From a virus (lineage: Duplodnaviria > Heunggongvirae > Uroviricota > Caudoviricetes): DNA of 18,590 bases. Made by a program: the position numbers and the translations under genes. The notes beneath the pieces are model-generated. The model had not been told where the DNA came from and made no database searches. It worked only from the letters and a program-made list of their open reading frames with translations. The DNA lies in IMG/VR virus record IMGVR_UViG_2703718776_000018, one strand, 5' to 3'. Shown one piece after another: positions 1 to 10,106 of this stretch. Position 1 is the first letter of the stretch; every line of letters begins with the position of its first letter.

Positions 1-748
1 GGTAGTCCCTGCGGATATTTGCGATACGGGAATGCAGTCGCTGTATTTTGCGTTTCTGCTTCTGCCAGTTGTTGCTGAATTTGACCTTGCGGCTTAACTG
101 TCGCTGAAGTCTCGCCAGCTTCTTCTGGTTTTTCTGAAAACTATTTACAGGTTCAAAGACTGTGCCATCTGACAGCGTGGCGAGTTTAGCCACGCCAGCA
201 TCCAGTCCGACCATTGATGCTGAAGGGTGAACAGGAGTGGATACCTCTCTTTCTGTCTGAATACTGATGTACCACTTACCGCAGGACTGGCTGACAGTAA
301 CATTTTTCACAATACCCGTGACCTGACGGCTATTCCGGTAGCGCATCCAGCCAAGTTTCGGCAGAAAAATACGGCTGTTTTCCTGATCGAGCTTAACACC
401 CTGCGGGTAGCGGAATGCATCATTCTGTCCCCGCTTTTTGAATCGGGGAAAAGCTGCCCGATTCTGGAAGAAGTTTTTGTAAGCCCGCTCAAGGTCTTTC
501 AGTGACTGTTGCAATGGCTGTGAGGGAGAATCTTTAAGCCATTCGGTTTCAGTGTCTTTTTTCCACTCAACCAACCAGGAAGCCATTTTCGTGTAAGGGA
601 TGTATTTTTTACCGGCCTCATGATTCTCATTCTGAAGCGCCAGAGCACGGTTGAAAACGAAACGACAAGCTCCGGCAAAGCGCCTCATTTGACGCTCCTG
701 TTGACCATCTGGTTTTAACCGGAATTTGAATGACACCTGTTGTTTCAT
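1..748 (-). CDS. tnpB: IS200/IS605-family TnpB (OrfB) accessory protein, N-terminal 249 codons only; the 3' part lies beyond the window start
   Basis: Reverse-strand frame is open from the window edge to the ATG at 748-746 (own translation). It begins MKQQVSFKFRLKPDGQQERQMRRFAG, contains VGLDAGVAKLATLSDG (RuvC-I Asp box) and ends at the edge with QRLHSRIANIRRDY, both typical TnpB segments. It is absent from the ORF track because there is no stop codon inside the window. Confidence 0.85.
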   Translation of the reverse strand, partial: MKQQVSFKFRLKPDGQQERQMRRFAGACRFVFNRALALQNENHEAGKKYIPYTKMASWLVEWKKDTETEWLKDSPSQPLQQSLKDLERAYKNFFQNRAAFPRFKKRGQNDAFRYPQGVKLDQENSRIFLPKLGWMRYRNSRQVTGIVKNVTVSQSCGKWYISIQTEREVSTPVHPSASMVGLDAGVAKLATLSDGTVFEPVNSFQKNQKKLARLQRQLSRKVKFSNNWQKQKRKIQRLHSRIANIRRDY

Positions 749-847
749 GTCACTATTTTAAGCAAAAATAGCCGGGAGGAAAACTGTGCCTTATATCCCC
801 ACTATGAGGAGCGTAGGGGGCGGCACATTGGATAAGGCGTAACAGGG
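1..847 (-). mobile_element. Partial IS200/IS605-family element (tnpB-only, IS1341-like arrangement); inner boundary not resolved, somewhere in 749-847
   Basis: tnpB runs off the window edge and no tnpA lies between it and the next gene. An AT-rich hairpin (ctatttt / aaaatag, 752-770) abuts the tnpB start, as expected for a subterminal structure in this family. The boundary itself is inferred, not seen. Confidence 0.5.
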
Positions 848-3835
848 ATGAGCTTAAGCGATCAGGTGGTAATGGCCACCAGCATAGAAACGCTGATCGA
901 GCTGCTAAAGAACCTGCCCGATTATGGGCGGGTTTCGTATGTGGTGACAGCGAAGGGAGACGAGGTAAAAACAGCGTTTGATATCGTCGATGCCTCAGCT
1001 ATTTTGGTATCCAATACTCTGGATGGGAAAATTAATCCTGACTATCCCCAGGAACTTCAGCCGCGCGACCGGACCCGCGCATCCAGCCTTCTTCAGGTTA
1101 ACCAGATATCCAAAGATTTGCGGCCTGCTCAGCTTACCGATTCCGGATTATCCAGCCATGGCGCACCGATAATTGGTGAGGACAATGCAGTTGAGTCAGG
1201 TAATGGACGTACCATGGGGATCATTAAAGCCTATCAGGACGGTAATGCGGATCGGTATCGGGAGTACCTGATTGAACATGCGACCGAATTCGGCATACGT
1301 ACTGAAAAGGTTGAATCAATGACGGCTCCGGTACTGGTGCGCCGCCGGTTAACGAAGGTTGACCGCGTTCAGTTTGCCAAGGACTCAAATATTTCTGATC
1401 TTCAGGAAATGGCAGCCAGTGAAAAGGCTTTTGTTGATGCCGACAGCATAACACCGGCGATGATGGCGCTGTTTAATCCGTCAGAAAGCGGAGATCTGCT
1501 TAGCCGCAGTAATGACGCGTTTATTCGCGGATTTATGACGCAAGTTGGTGCCACACAGGCGGCTGGCCTTGTAACTGAAGATGGGCGACCAACACGGCAA
1601 CTTGTAGACCGTATACAAAACGCGATCTTTGCCAAGGCATATAAGGATGCGCGCCTGGTAAGGATGGTTGCAGAAGAACCTGATCCGGATATGCGTAATG
1701 TTCTGACGGCGCTTAATGCGGCAGCCAATGATTTTGTCCAGATGCAGGCTTTATCAGGAGAAGCGCACAAGCAGGCTGTGACAACTATTGTTGATGGCAT
1801 TGAGACAGCGGATAGCCTCGATAAAAAGGCGCTGGCGGCATTGAAAGATGCGGTAGACCTGGTAAGGCAATCGAAGGAGTCAGGCCAGCATATTACCGAT
1901 GTTATTGCTCAGGGGGATATGTTCAGCGAAATGGCCCCGGAAGTGAAAGCACTCGCGTTGTTCATCGTCGCGAATAACCGTAGCGCGAAGCGTATGGCCA
2001 CCGCCTTTAAGTTGATGGCTCAACGTATCAATGATGAGTTACAGCACCAGGGCCAGGCGCTGGGGGATATGTTTGGCGGCGGCGATGTGTCGTTACAGGA
2101 TATCCTTCGCCAGGTATCTCAGGAACTGGAAAACGAAGGTATGCAAGGGATATCCGGCGGTCTTTTCGAGTCAGCTTCCGGCGGTAGTTACAACGGTGTT
2201 GCTCCATATACCAGTTTGCTATTACATCGAGCATCCGGCATCAAAGACATTATTCATCTGATCAGGCTGCTTTCCCGTAAAGATCCCCAGGATGAACAGC
2301 TTGTACAAGTGCTTGCGCATTTTGTTCGAATGCCTGTTGCCGACGTGAAAAAATGGTGCCGATTATTCGGTATCAGCAATTCGTTACTTCGCGGCTTGTT
2401 AAATCACGCATCCTCCCTTGGGCGCGATGGCTTTGACGAGATAGCGCAGGCGATAAAAAACGGAGATATGCCACCAGCTATTGACTGGTTTTCCATTCGC
2501 CCAACCAGGGTGAAAGCATTCCTTAGCGCGGCGCATTCGGCATCACCATTGGCAGAAATGGTTCAGAGGTTGTCGCTCATATTCACAGACCATACCGCGT
2601 TGGGTGATCTGACTCTGGACGAGATGAAAGAAGCCTCCATTCAGTGGGCCGATCAACAAAATGAGGTTAACTCAGACTTCTTGCCAGCATTCAGGAAGGC
2701 CGTTAGTAAAGCGGATGATGCCCGTGGAATTCTGAAGGCATTTAAGGCATTGCAAAGTCGTGTTAATAAACATGTCGGTGATATCGATGGGGTAACGGCG
2801 GAAGGCCGGGATATCCTTAAAGAGCACGGCATAACGCCAGAGTTTATTGATGAGATCAGGACTGATATGCAGCGTGAGGTCGTATCGTCCCTGCAAATCG
2901 TAGCCAGAGCGTTGGCGGATGCTAATCCGAAGAGTGCGGCCATTGTTAACCGGGTTATTGGTGATATTGAAGCATCGGAGGGCATGGGGGCGCTGAAACT
3001 CTTCCTTTCGCGAGCGTTTAATCCTAACGGCAATATTCTCCCTGGCATTATTGGTGAGGCTAAAAAGTATGTCAGTGAAGAAGAACTTGAGCAGCTTGAC
3101 CAACTACTTAAGCGATTCTCATATAACCCGCAGACACGCTGGCAAATGAATCAGCGAAGTATGGGTTCGGTCCACGAGAAAGTGTTATCTGCCATGAACA
3201 GTGCGATCGCAAACTCATCCGTATCTGAAGAAAAAGCTCTTGAGTGGGCCGACTCTTTTATCACAGAAGAAGTGGAAGAAGCCCGCGCTGGACAGAATGG
3301 TGGGATAGACCTGCGCAAGGAACTTGCTGATATTTATCGCCTGACCGGCGGGAAAATATCGACCTTATCAAAGGTAGTTCACCACCAGGGAAGGGCATAT
3401 GCAAATCTAAATGGTGTTGTTGCTGTCAATTTGAACGATAAAAATGCAAGTGCACTGTGGCACGAGCTGGGTCATCATCTTGAGTACAGTAACCCTGGTT
3501 TGTTAGAGAAAGCCCGGTCATTCCTGAAGGCCAATGTTGAAGGGGATAAGCCATCTTTCGTTAATATCGGTGGGCGTGGCAAGCCTGAATGGTGCTTCAG
3601 ATCTCGATTGAGTAATATTTATATGGCGAAGGTATACCCGCCAGCCTCAGTAAGTAACACCGGGAAAATTCGGCAGAAATCACCGACTATTTCCAAAACG
3701 TCAGCAACGGAAGTATTCTCTATGGCTCTTCAGTTGTATCATGACAAAGAGGCCGCTGCCGCATCACTGATGAATGGTGACGGATTGCTGGAACTGTTAT
3801 TAGGTGTGGCAAAGGAGCTAAATAATGCAGATTAA
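848..3835 (+). CDS. Large 995-aa protein with an N-terminal ParB/Srx-like motif region and a C-terminal HExxH zincin-like motif; polyvalent-protein-like, possibly a virion-associated anti-defence protein (P1 Ddr-like?)
   Basis: Long uninterrupted ORF. Residues 63-73 read NPDYPQELQPR and residues ~116-127 read SGNGRTMGIIKA, with spacing reminiscent of the ParB N-terminal domain. HELGHH lies at residues 872-877 (nt 3461-3478). In-frame stop 4 codons upstream (833-835); the only SD-like sequence (TAAGG, 833-837) is about 10 nt from the ATG. Confidence 0.8.
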   Translation: MSLSDQVVMATSIETLIELLKNLPDYGRVSYVVTAKGDEVKTAFDIVDASAILVSNTLDGKINPDYPQELQPRDRTRASSLLQVNQISKDLRPAQLTDSGLSSHGAPIIGEDNAVESGNGRTMGIIKAYQDGNADRYREYLIEHATEFGIRTEKVESMTAPVLVRRRLTKVDRVQFAKDSNISDLQEMAASEKAFVDADSITPAMMALFNPSESGDLLSRSNDAFIRGFMTQVGATQAAGLVTEDGRPTRQLVDRIQNAIFAKAYKDARLVRMVAEEPDPDMRNVLTALNAAANDFVQMQALSGEAHKQAVTTIVDGIETADSLDKKALAALKDAVDLVRQSKESGQHITDVIAQGDMFSEMAPEVKALALFIVANNRSAKRMATAFKLMAQRINDELQHQGQALGDMFGGGDVSLQDILRQVSQELENEGMQGISGGLFESASGGSYNGVAPYTSLLLHRASGIKDIIHLIRLLSRKDPQDEQLVQVLAHFVRMPVADVKKWCRLFGISNSLLRGLLNHASSLGRDGFDEIAQAIKNGDMPPAIDWFSIRPTRVKAFLSAAHSASPLAEMVQRLSLIFTDHTALGDLTLDEMKEASIQWADQQNEVNSDFLPAFRKAVSKADDARGILKAFKALQSRVNKHVGDIDGVTAEGRDILKEHGITPEFIDEIRTDMQREVVSSLQIVARALADANPKSAAIVNRVIGDIEASEGMGALKLFLSRAFNPNGNILPGIIGEAKKYVSEEELEQLDQLLKRFSYNPQTRWQMNQRSMGSVHEKVLSAMNSAIANSSVSEEKALEWADSFITEEVEEARAGQNGGIDLRKELADIYRLTGGKISTLSKVVHHQGRAYANLNGVVAVNLNDKNASALWHELGHHLEYSNPGLLEKARSFLKANVEGDKPSFVNIGGRGKPEWCFRSRLSNIYMAKVYPPASVSNTGKIRQKSPTISKTSATEVFSMALQLYHDKEAAAASLMNGDGLLELLLGVAKELNNAD

Positions 3836-4145
3836 AATCGCAGCGCCATTAGGCGGAGATGCCATTATCGAATTTGATGATAATGAAGAAGTTTCCGGGC
3901 GTTTAAGCATTATCTCCGGTGACATTACCGAGGACATGATCGCTGAAGCCATAGCTGGGGCAAATCCCAATAGCTATATGGGATTCGTTAACACCCTTGA
4001 TGCTCCCGCAAGTGATGTTCTCCGAACGCTGCATCTTTACGCTGGCTGGTTTGTTGATTGGCCAGCAGTAGATGGTGGCGATGAGGATGATGATGACGAT
4101 GAAGAGGTTTTTAGTGATGAAACAGTAAACCAACTCTTGTATTGA
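3825..4145 (+). CDS. Small, very acidic 106-aa protein translationally coupled to the 995-aa gene
   Basis: Strong SD AAGGAG 7 nt upstream of the ATG at 3825. Overlaps the upstream stop by 11 nt. About 25 Asp/Glu against 4 basic residues, with a C-terminal run DGGDEDDDDDEEVFSDE. Confidence 0.7.
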   Translation: MQIKIAAPLGGDAIIEFDDNEEVSGRLSIISGDITEDMIAEAIAGANPNSYMGFVNTLDAPASDVLRTLHLYAGWFVDWPAVDGGDEDDDDDEEVFSDETVNQLLY

Positions 4146-4274
4146 CAGGAATTGGCATAGAATTGATTGTTCAAATTTCATCCATCACATAGACGACTTC
4201 ATGTTATTTGCCTGATAATTATGGCCTTAATAACCCATGTATATCTTTTGGGTTATATTCTTATCTTTAACAAG

Positions 4275-4320
4275 GTTATAAGAGCGACAATGATAAATTT
4301 ATCACTATCGCTCTTATAAC
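4275..4320. repeat. 46-bp near-perfect palindrome: 13-bp perfect arms (GTTATAAGAGCGA / TCGCTCTTATAAC) enclosing a 14-bp perfect inner palindrome TGATAAATTTATCA; possible bidirectional terminator or protein-binding site
   Basis: Read directly from the sequence; only 2 mismatched positions across 46 bp. Sits between the convergent 106-aa (+) and 95-aa (-) genes. Confidence 0.8.
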
Positions 4321-4348
4321 TCTTTGTTAGCTATAGCTTTAAACAAAT

Positions 4349-4636
4349 TTAGTTTTGAGGCAATGCAACAAAAGTCAGCTCTTGATCTTTGATTAATGCT
4401 TTTGTTTGTTTGGATGTAATTCCCACTTTAGTTTTTACATCATTGTGGAGCTTCTTATACGCTTTTATTTCATCTGCTGTATATCGGAAGCCATTTGCAC
4501 TGTTACTGGACAGTTGAAGTGCGATTACGTCATCACTGACACCCGCATCGCTTAGCTTAGCTATGCGGGTAATAGTGTGGCCTGCGCGAGTGTTTGGGGT
4601 GGATATTTTGTCTAAGAAATTGTTCAGTTTTTCCAT
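4349..4636 (-). CDS. Hypothetical 95-aa protein in an AT-rich cassette; possible HTH-like segment
   Basis: ATG at 4636 with SD GAGGT 8 nt upstream on the reverse strand. Bounded by the palindrome at 4275-4320 and the terminator at 4857-4884. Local GC is clearly lower than the flanks. The segment TITRIAKLSDAGVSDDVIALQL loosely resembles an Xre-type HTH. Confidence 0.65.
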   Translation of the reverse strand: MEKLNNFLDKISTPNTRAGHTITRIAKLSDAGVSDDVIALQLSSNSANGFRYTADEIKAYKKLHNDVKTKVGITSKQTKALIKDQELTFVALPQN

Positions 4637-4856
4637 TGTTTACAACCTCTTACTTGAGTTTATTGCCAGTAGAATTGCCACTATTCTTTTGCCTCAACGA
4701 ATCACAATGTACTGGAATAAGAAACTATGAGCAATACTTACGCTTTGCGAATACAGAAGATGAATAATCAACTTATTACTAAAATGTTAATAATATTATT
4801 CTGTTACATAGTGTTCGCTATAACAATCGGGAGTTGAATGCTAATTCAATAAATAA

Positions 4857-4884
4857 AGAACCCGCCAATTGGCGGGTTCTTTTT
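4857..4884 (-). terminator. Rho-independent terminator (10-bp stem AGAACCCGCC/GGCGGGTTCT, loop AATT) with U-rich tracts on both sides
   Basis: Perfect GC-rich hairpin directly after the stop of the 262-aa reverse-strand gene (stop 4883-4885); followed by TTTATTTATT on the reverse strand and TTTTT on the forward strand. Confidence 0.8.
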
Positions 4885-5671
4885 AATCACTTTCCACTTC
4901 TCCCGTGGTGTTTTCTTGCAGTTCTGTTAATGCAGCACGACATAGGTTCCGGGCATTGGCTATAGCCACACTTTTGACTTCATCCGTCATCGTGCAGGTA
5001 ATGTACTGATCTAGTTCTTCATCGCGGATGATGCTTTTGCCAATCAGAAACTGTATTTGCCAGAGCAGATCGGCATCCATAATCAGAATTTCTGCCGGGC
5101 CTTCAGGGCCAGCCGGGAAGGAAACATAAGACTGTTTGCCCAGGCCGACAACTCGACAACTTGCTTCAAGAATTGCGCGCTTGAGGTCTGACTTTATAAC
5201 GGAAACAGGTTGATTTTCACCAGTGATTACGCCGTTGACATGGAAAGGCATGTAGCTTGAAATTCGCTCTACTTTCCATACGCCAGCAAGCGATCCTTCA
5301 TGCAGCACAATGGGGGTAACCGCGAGTTTCATCTCACCATATAACTGCTGGCAGATAGCTGGATTGCTGAATACATCCAAAGGTTCACACTCAAACAGCG
5401 GCGCAATCTGCATGAGGTCCATCATGGTCATCCCTGGGGTACGAGCAGTAATGAATCTGCGCATACCAGTATCCATTGCGCTCCAGATTGCTACACCATG
5501 CTTTTTGCTCACTTCTTCAGTAAAGCCAAGGTGGCACATGATGGTTTTTTCGATAGCCAGATCAGAGATAGAAACCGTTTCGCCTGGCACTCCATCATTA
5601 TTGACGGTCACTTCGACACTCTGGCCATTACGTAGGCGGTATTGAATGGTTTTAGTATTTTGTGCTGTCAT
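4883..5671 (-). CDS. Hypothetical 262-aa protein downstream of ssb; function unknown
   Basis: Uninterrupted ORF with ATG at 5671, ending at a strong terminator. No motif recognisable by eye. Confidence 0.75.
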   Translation of the reverse strand: MTAQNTKTIQYRLRNGQSVEVTVNNDGVPGETVSISDLAIEKTIMCHLGFTEEVSKKHGVAIWSAMDTGMRRFITARTPGMTMMDLMQIAPLFECEPLDVFSNPAICQQLYGEMKLAVTPIVLHEGSLAGVWKVERISSYMPFHVNGVITGENQPVSVIKSDLKRAILEASCRVVGLGKQSYVSFPAGPEGPAEILIMDADLLWQIQFLIGKSIIRDEELDQYITCTMTDEVKSVAIANARNLCRAALTELQENTTGEVESD

Positions 5672-5868
5672 AGTCTTTTCTCTGCTTAAAAACTGATGTA
5701 TTGCGCCTTCAGGTTGGTTAGGAATGTTTTCCCACCAGCGAAAGCAATATCTCGGGGTGTTCTATTCGTTAAAAGCGCGTGCCATTGCCAACTTTGGCGT
5801 TTTTGAGCGAGTTCGTGCTTTTGTCGGCGTCTGGACCACCGCTTTTTTTTCAGTCGTTTTTTACACAT

Positions 5869-6357
5869 TCAAAACGGAATATCGTCGTCAAAGTCCATTG
5901 GAGGTTCGTTATTAGCGTTGCTCTGAGGTTTACCGCCACCACTGTATTGCTGGTGGTTTTGAGGTTGGTTTGATTGCCCCCAGCCATTTGTGGACTGTGA
6001 ATCGTCGCGACGAGCGCCGATCATTTGCATGGTGCCGCCCTGGCTGACGATAATTTCCGTCGTGTAACGTTCTACACCGGCGTCATCTGTCCACTTACGG
6101 GTTTTAAGTTTCCCTTCGATGTAGACCTGAGAACCTTTTCGTAAATACTCACTCGCAATTTCAGCAAGTTTTCCGAACAAAACGACTTTATGCCATTCTG
6201 TTTGCTCTTTCTGTTGGCCCGTTTGCTTGTCGCGCCATGATTCATTCGTTGCGATGCTGAGTCTTCCGACCGCGCCGCCATTTGGTATATACCTGATCTC
6301 CGGGTCTTGCCCCAGGGTGCCAATCAGGATGACTTTGTTTACACCGCGTTGTGCCAC
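5869..6357 (-). CDS. ssb: Single-stranded DNA-binding protein (162 aa), GTG start
   Basis: N-terminus [20 protein letters not shown].. is a typical SSB OB-fold start. Gly/Gln-rich linker and the canonical acidic tail [14 protein letters not shown] 7 nt before the GTG at 6357. Confidence 0.92.
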   Translation of the reverse strand: MAQRGVNKVILIGTLGQDPEIRYIPNGGAVGRLSIATNESWRDKQTGQQKEQTEWHKVVLFGKLAEIASEYLRKGSQVYIEGKLKTRKWTDDAGVERYTTEIIVSQGGTMQMIGARRDDSQSTNGWGQSNQPQNHQQYSGGGKPQSNANNEPPMDFDDDIPF

Positions 6358-6376
6358 TTATCTTACCTAATAAAAT

Positions 6377-6393
6377 AAAATAATTAGAGCAAC
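6377..6393 (-). promoter_or_regulatory. Candidate C1-repressor-type operator (reverse strand reads GTTGCTCTAATTATTTT) over the presumed ssb promoter
   Basis: 14/17 match to the P1 C1 operator consensus ATTGCTCTAATAAATTT as I recall it, including a perfect TTGCTCTAAT core. Lies 20-36 nt upstream of the ssb GTG. Confidence 0.4.
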
Positions 6394-6526
6394 AATGTAT
6401 ATCTTTGAAACGTAGCTAACAAGTGATTTGCATTATCCTGTGCCTTCTAAAGGGATCGAGTCAGTCGGTATTGGCTGTGAATGGGTGTTTGTCCTGGAGC
6501 GTAAAAAATTCGCTTATGAGGTCTTT

Positions 6527-7084
6527 ATGAAGGGAAAAACAGCCGCAGGAGGCGGTGCAATTTGCGCTATCGCGGTGATGATTACCATCGTGATGGGTAA
6601 TGGCAATGTGCGAACCAACCAGGCGGGGCTTGAGCTGATTGGTAACGCTGAAGGTTGCCGACGTGATCCATACATGTGCCCGGCGGGGGTATGGACTGAC
6701 GGGATCGGTAATACACACGGGGTAACGCCGGGTGTGCGAAAAACCGACCAGCAAATCGCCGCTGATTGGGAAAAGAATATCCTGATCGCTGAACGCTGTA
6801 TTAATCAGCACTTTCGGGGCAAAGACATGCCCGATAATGCCTTCAGTGCAATGACAAGCGCGGCATTCAATATGGGATGCAATAGCTTACGGACCTACTA
6901 CAGCAAAGCGCGAGGCATGCGAGTCGAAACGTCCATCCACAAGTGGGCGCAGAAAGGGGAATGGGTGAATATGTGTAACCATCTCCCTGATTTTGTGAAC
7001 AGTAACGGCGTGCCCCTGCGAGGTTTAAAGATTCGCCGTGAAAAAGAACGCCAGCTTTGCCTGACGGGGCTGATCAATGAATAA
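6527..7084 (+). CDS. lyz: SAR (signal-arrest-release) endolysin, T4-lysozyme family, 185 aa
   Basis: Starts MKGKTAAGGGAICAIAVMITIVMGNG (Gly/Ala-rich SAR domain with Cys13), then NAEGCRRDPYMCPAGVWTDGIGNTHG carrying the Glu/Asp/Thr catalytic residues. Matches my recollection of P1 Lyz. SD GAGG before the ATG at 6527; the ORF-track start at 6428 is a TTG over-extension. Confidence 0.95.
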   Translation: MKGKTAAGGGAICAIAVMITIVMGNGNVRTNQAGLELIGNAEGCRRDPYMCPAGVWTDGIGNTHGVTPGVRKTDQQIAADWEKNILIAERCINQHFRGKDMPDNAFSAMTSAAFNMGCNSLRTYYSKARGMRVETSIHKWAQKGEWVNMCNHLPDFVNSNGVPLRGLKIRREKERQLCLTGLINE

Positions 7085-7331
7085 ACTCCGGCAGCTCCGC
7101 CGACTTTCGACAATGAAGTTATCGCTGGCGGCGATAGTTTTCGACTCGATTTTCATGGCGGTATATGTGCTCAATGAGACGTGGCCACTGGAACCGCTAT
7201 TATATGCCGGGCTTCGGCTGTGCCTGACATTTTTGAGCATGGCTGCAAGATTGATGCAGCAGAAAGAAACCGCTTCAGATTGCCCACGTCGCGCGGTGCG
7301 CAAATATATGGCACGCAGACGAAGGCGATAA
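7077..7331 (+). CDS. Candidate small membrane protein (84 aa; one or two hydrophobic helices, poly-Arg C-terminus) translationally coupled to lyz; possible lysis accessory protein
   Basis: ATG overlaps the lyz stop (ATGAATAA). Hydrophobic stretches LSLAAIVFDSIFMAVYVL and LLYAGLRLCLTFLSMAARL; tail RRAVRKYMARRRRR. Stop at 7329-7331 is followed immediately by a terminator. Confidence 0.45.
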   Translation: MNKLRQLRRLSTMKLSLAAIVFDSIFMAVYVLNETWPLEPLLYAGLRLCLTFLSMAARLMQQKETASDCPRRAVRKYMARRRRR

Positions 7332-7342
7332 TAGTTAACGAT

Positions 7343-7370
7343 AACCCCGGCAGCCGCCGGGGTTATTTTT
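7343..7370 (+). terminator. Rho-independent terminator (stem CCCCGGC/GCCGGGG, loop AGCC, then TTATTTTT) closing the lyz transcript
   Basis: Seen in sequence between the end of the lyz-coupled ORF and the convergent protease gene. Confidence 0.75.
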
Positions 7371-7375
7371 GATGG

Positions 7376-10106
<2,731 letters not shown>

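Noticed and set aside
227-505. ORF-track frames 227..505 (+) and 307..492 (-)
   Set aside because: Both lie inside, and out of frame with, the clearly recognisable reverse-strand tnpB reading frame. They have no SD and no motif, so they are most likely frame artefacts.
4291-4304. Resemblance of the inner palindrome TGATAAATTTATCA to a Fur box
   Set aside because: Only a half-site-level resemblance (GATAA / TTATC). A phage intergenic hairpin between convergent genes is better explained as a terminator or phage-factor site. No iron-related gene is nearby.
4691-4707. Weak C1-operator-like sequence (reverse strand ATTGCTCATAGTTTCTT) upstream of the 95-aa gene
   Set aside because: Only about 10/17 matches, and only the first 7 bp of the core. 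Within chance expectation for an AT-rich region.
5686-5973. Small overlapping ORFs in the ssb/262-aa intergenic region (5686..5868 -, 5724..5915 +, 5779..5973 +)
   Set aside because: Low-complexity, highly basic or hydrophobic translations with no SD. The last two overlap the ssb 3' end. The region is more likely promoter and UTR sequence.
6428-6526. N-terminal extension of lyz from a TTG at 6428
   Set aside because: The ATG at 6527 has a GAGG SD and gives the canonical SAR-endolysin N-terminus. The extension would run through the probable promoter and operator region.
7025-7372. Alternative ORFs 7025..7303 (-) and 7181..7372 (+) overlapping the lyz-coupled ORF
   Set aside because: The forward-strand ORF at 7077 is favoured because of the start-stop overlap with lyz and the terminator right after its stop. 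The others lack any initiation signal.
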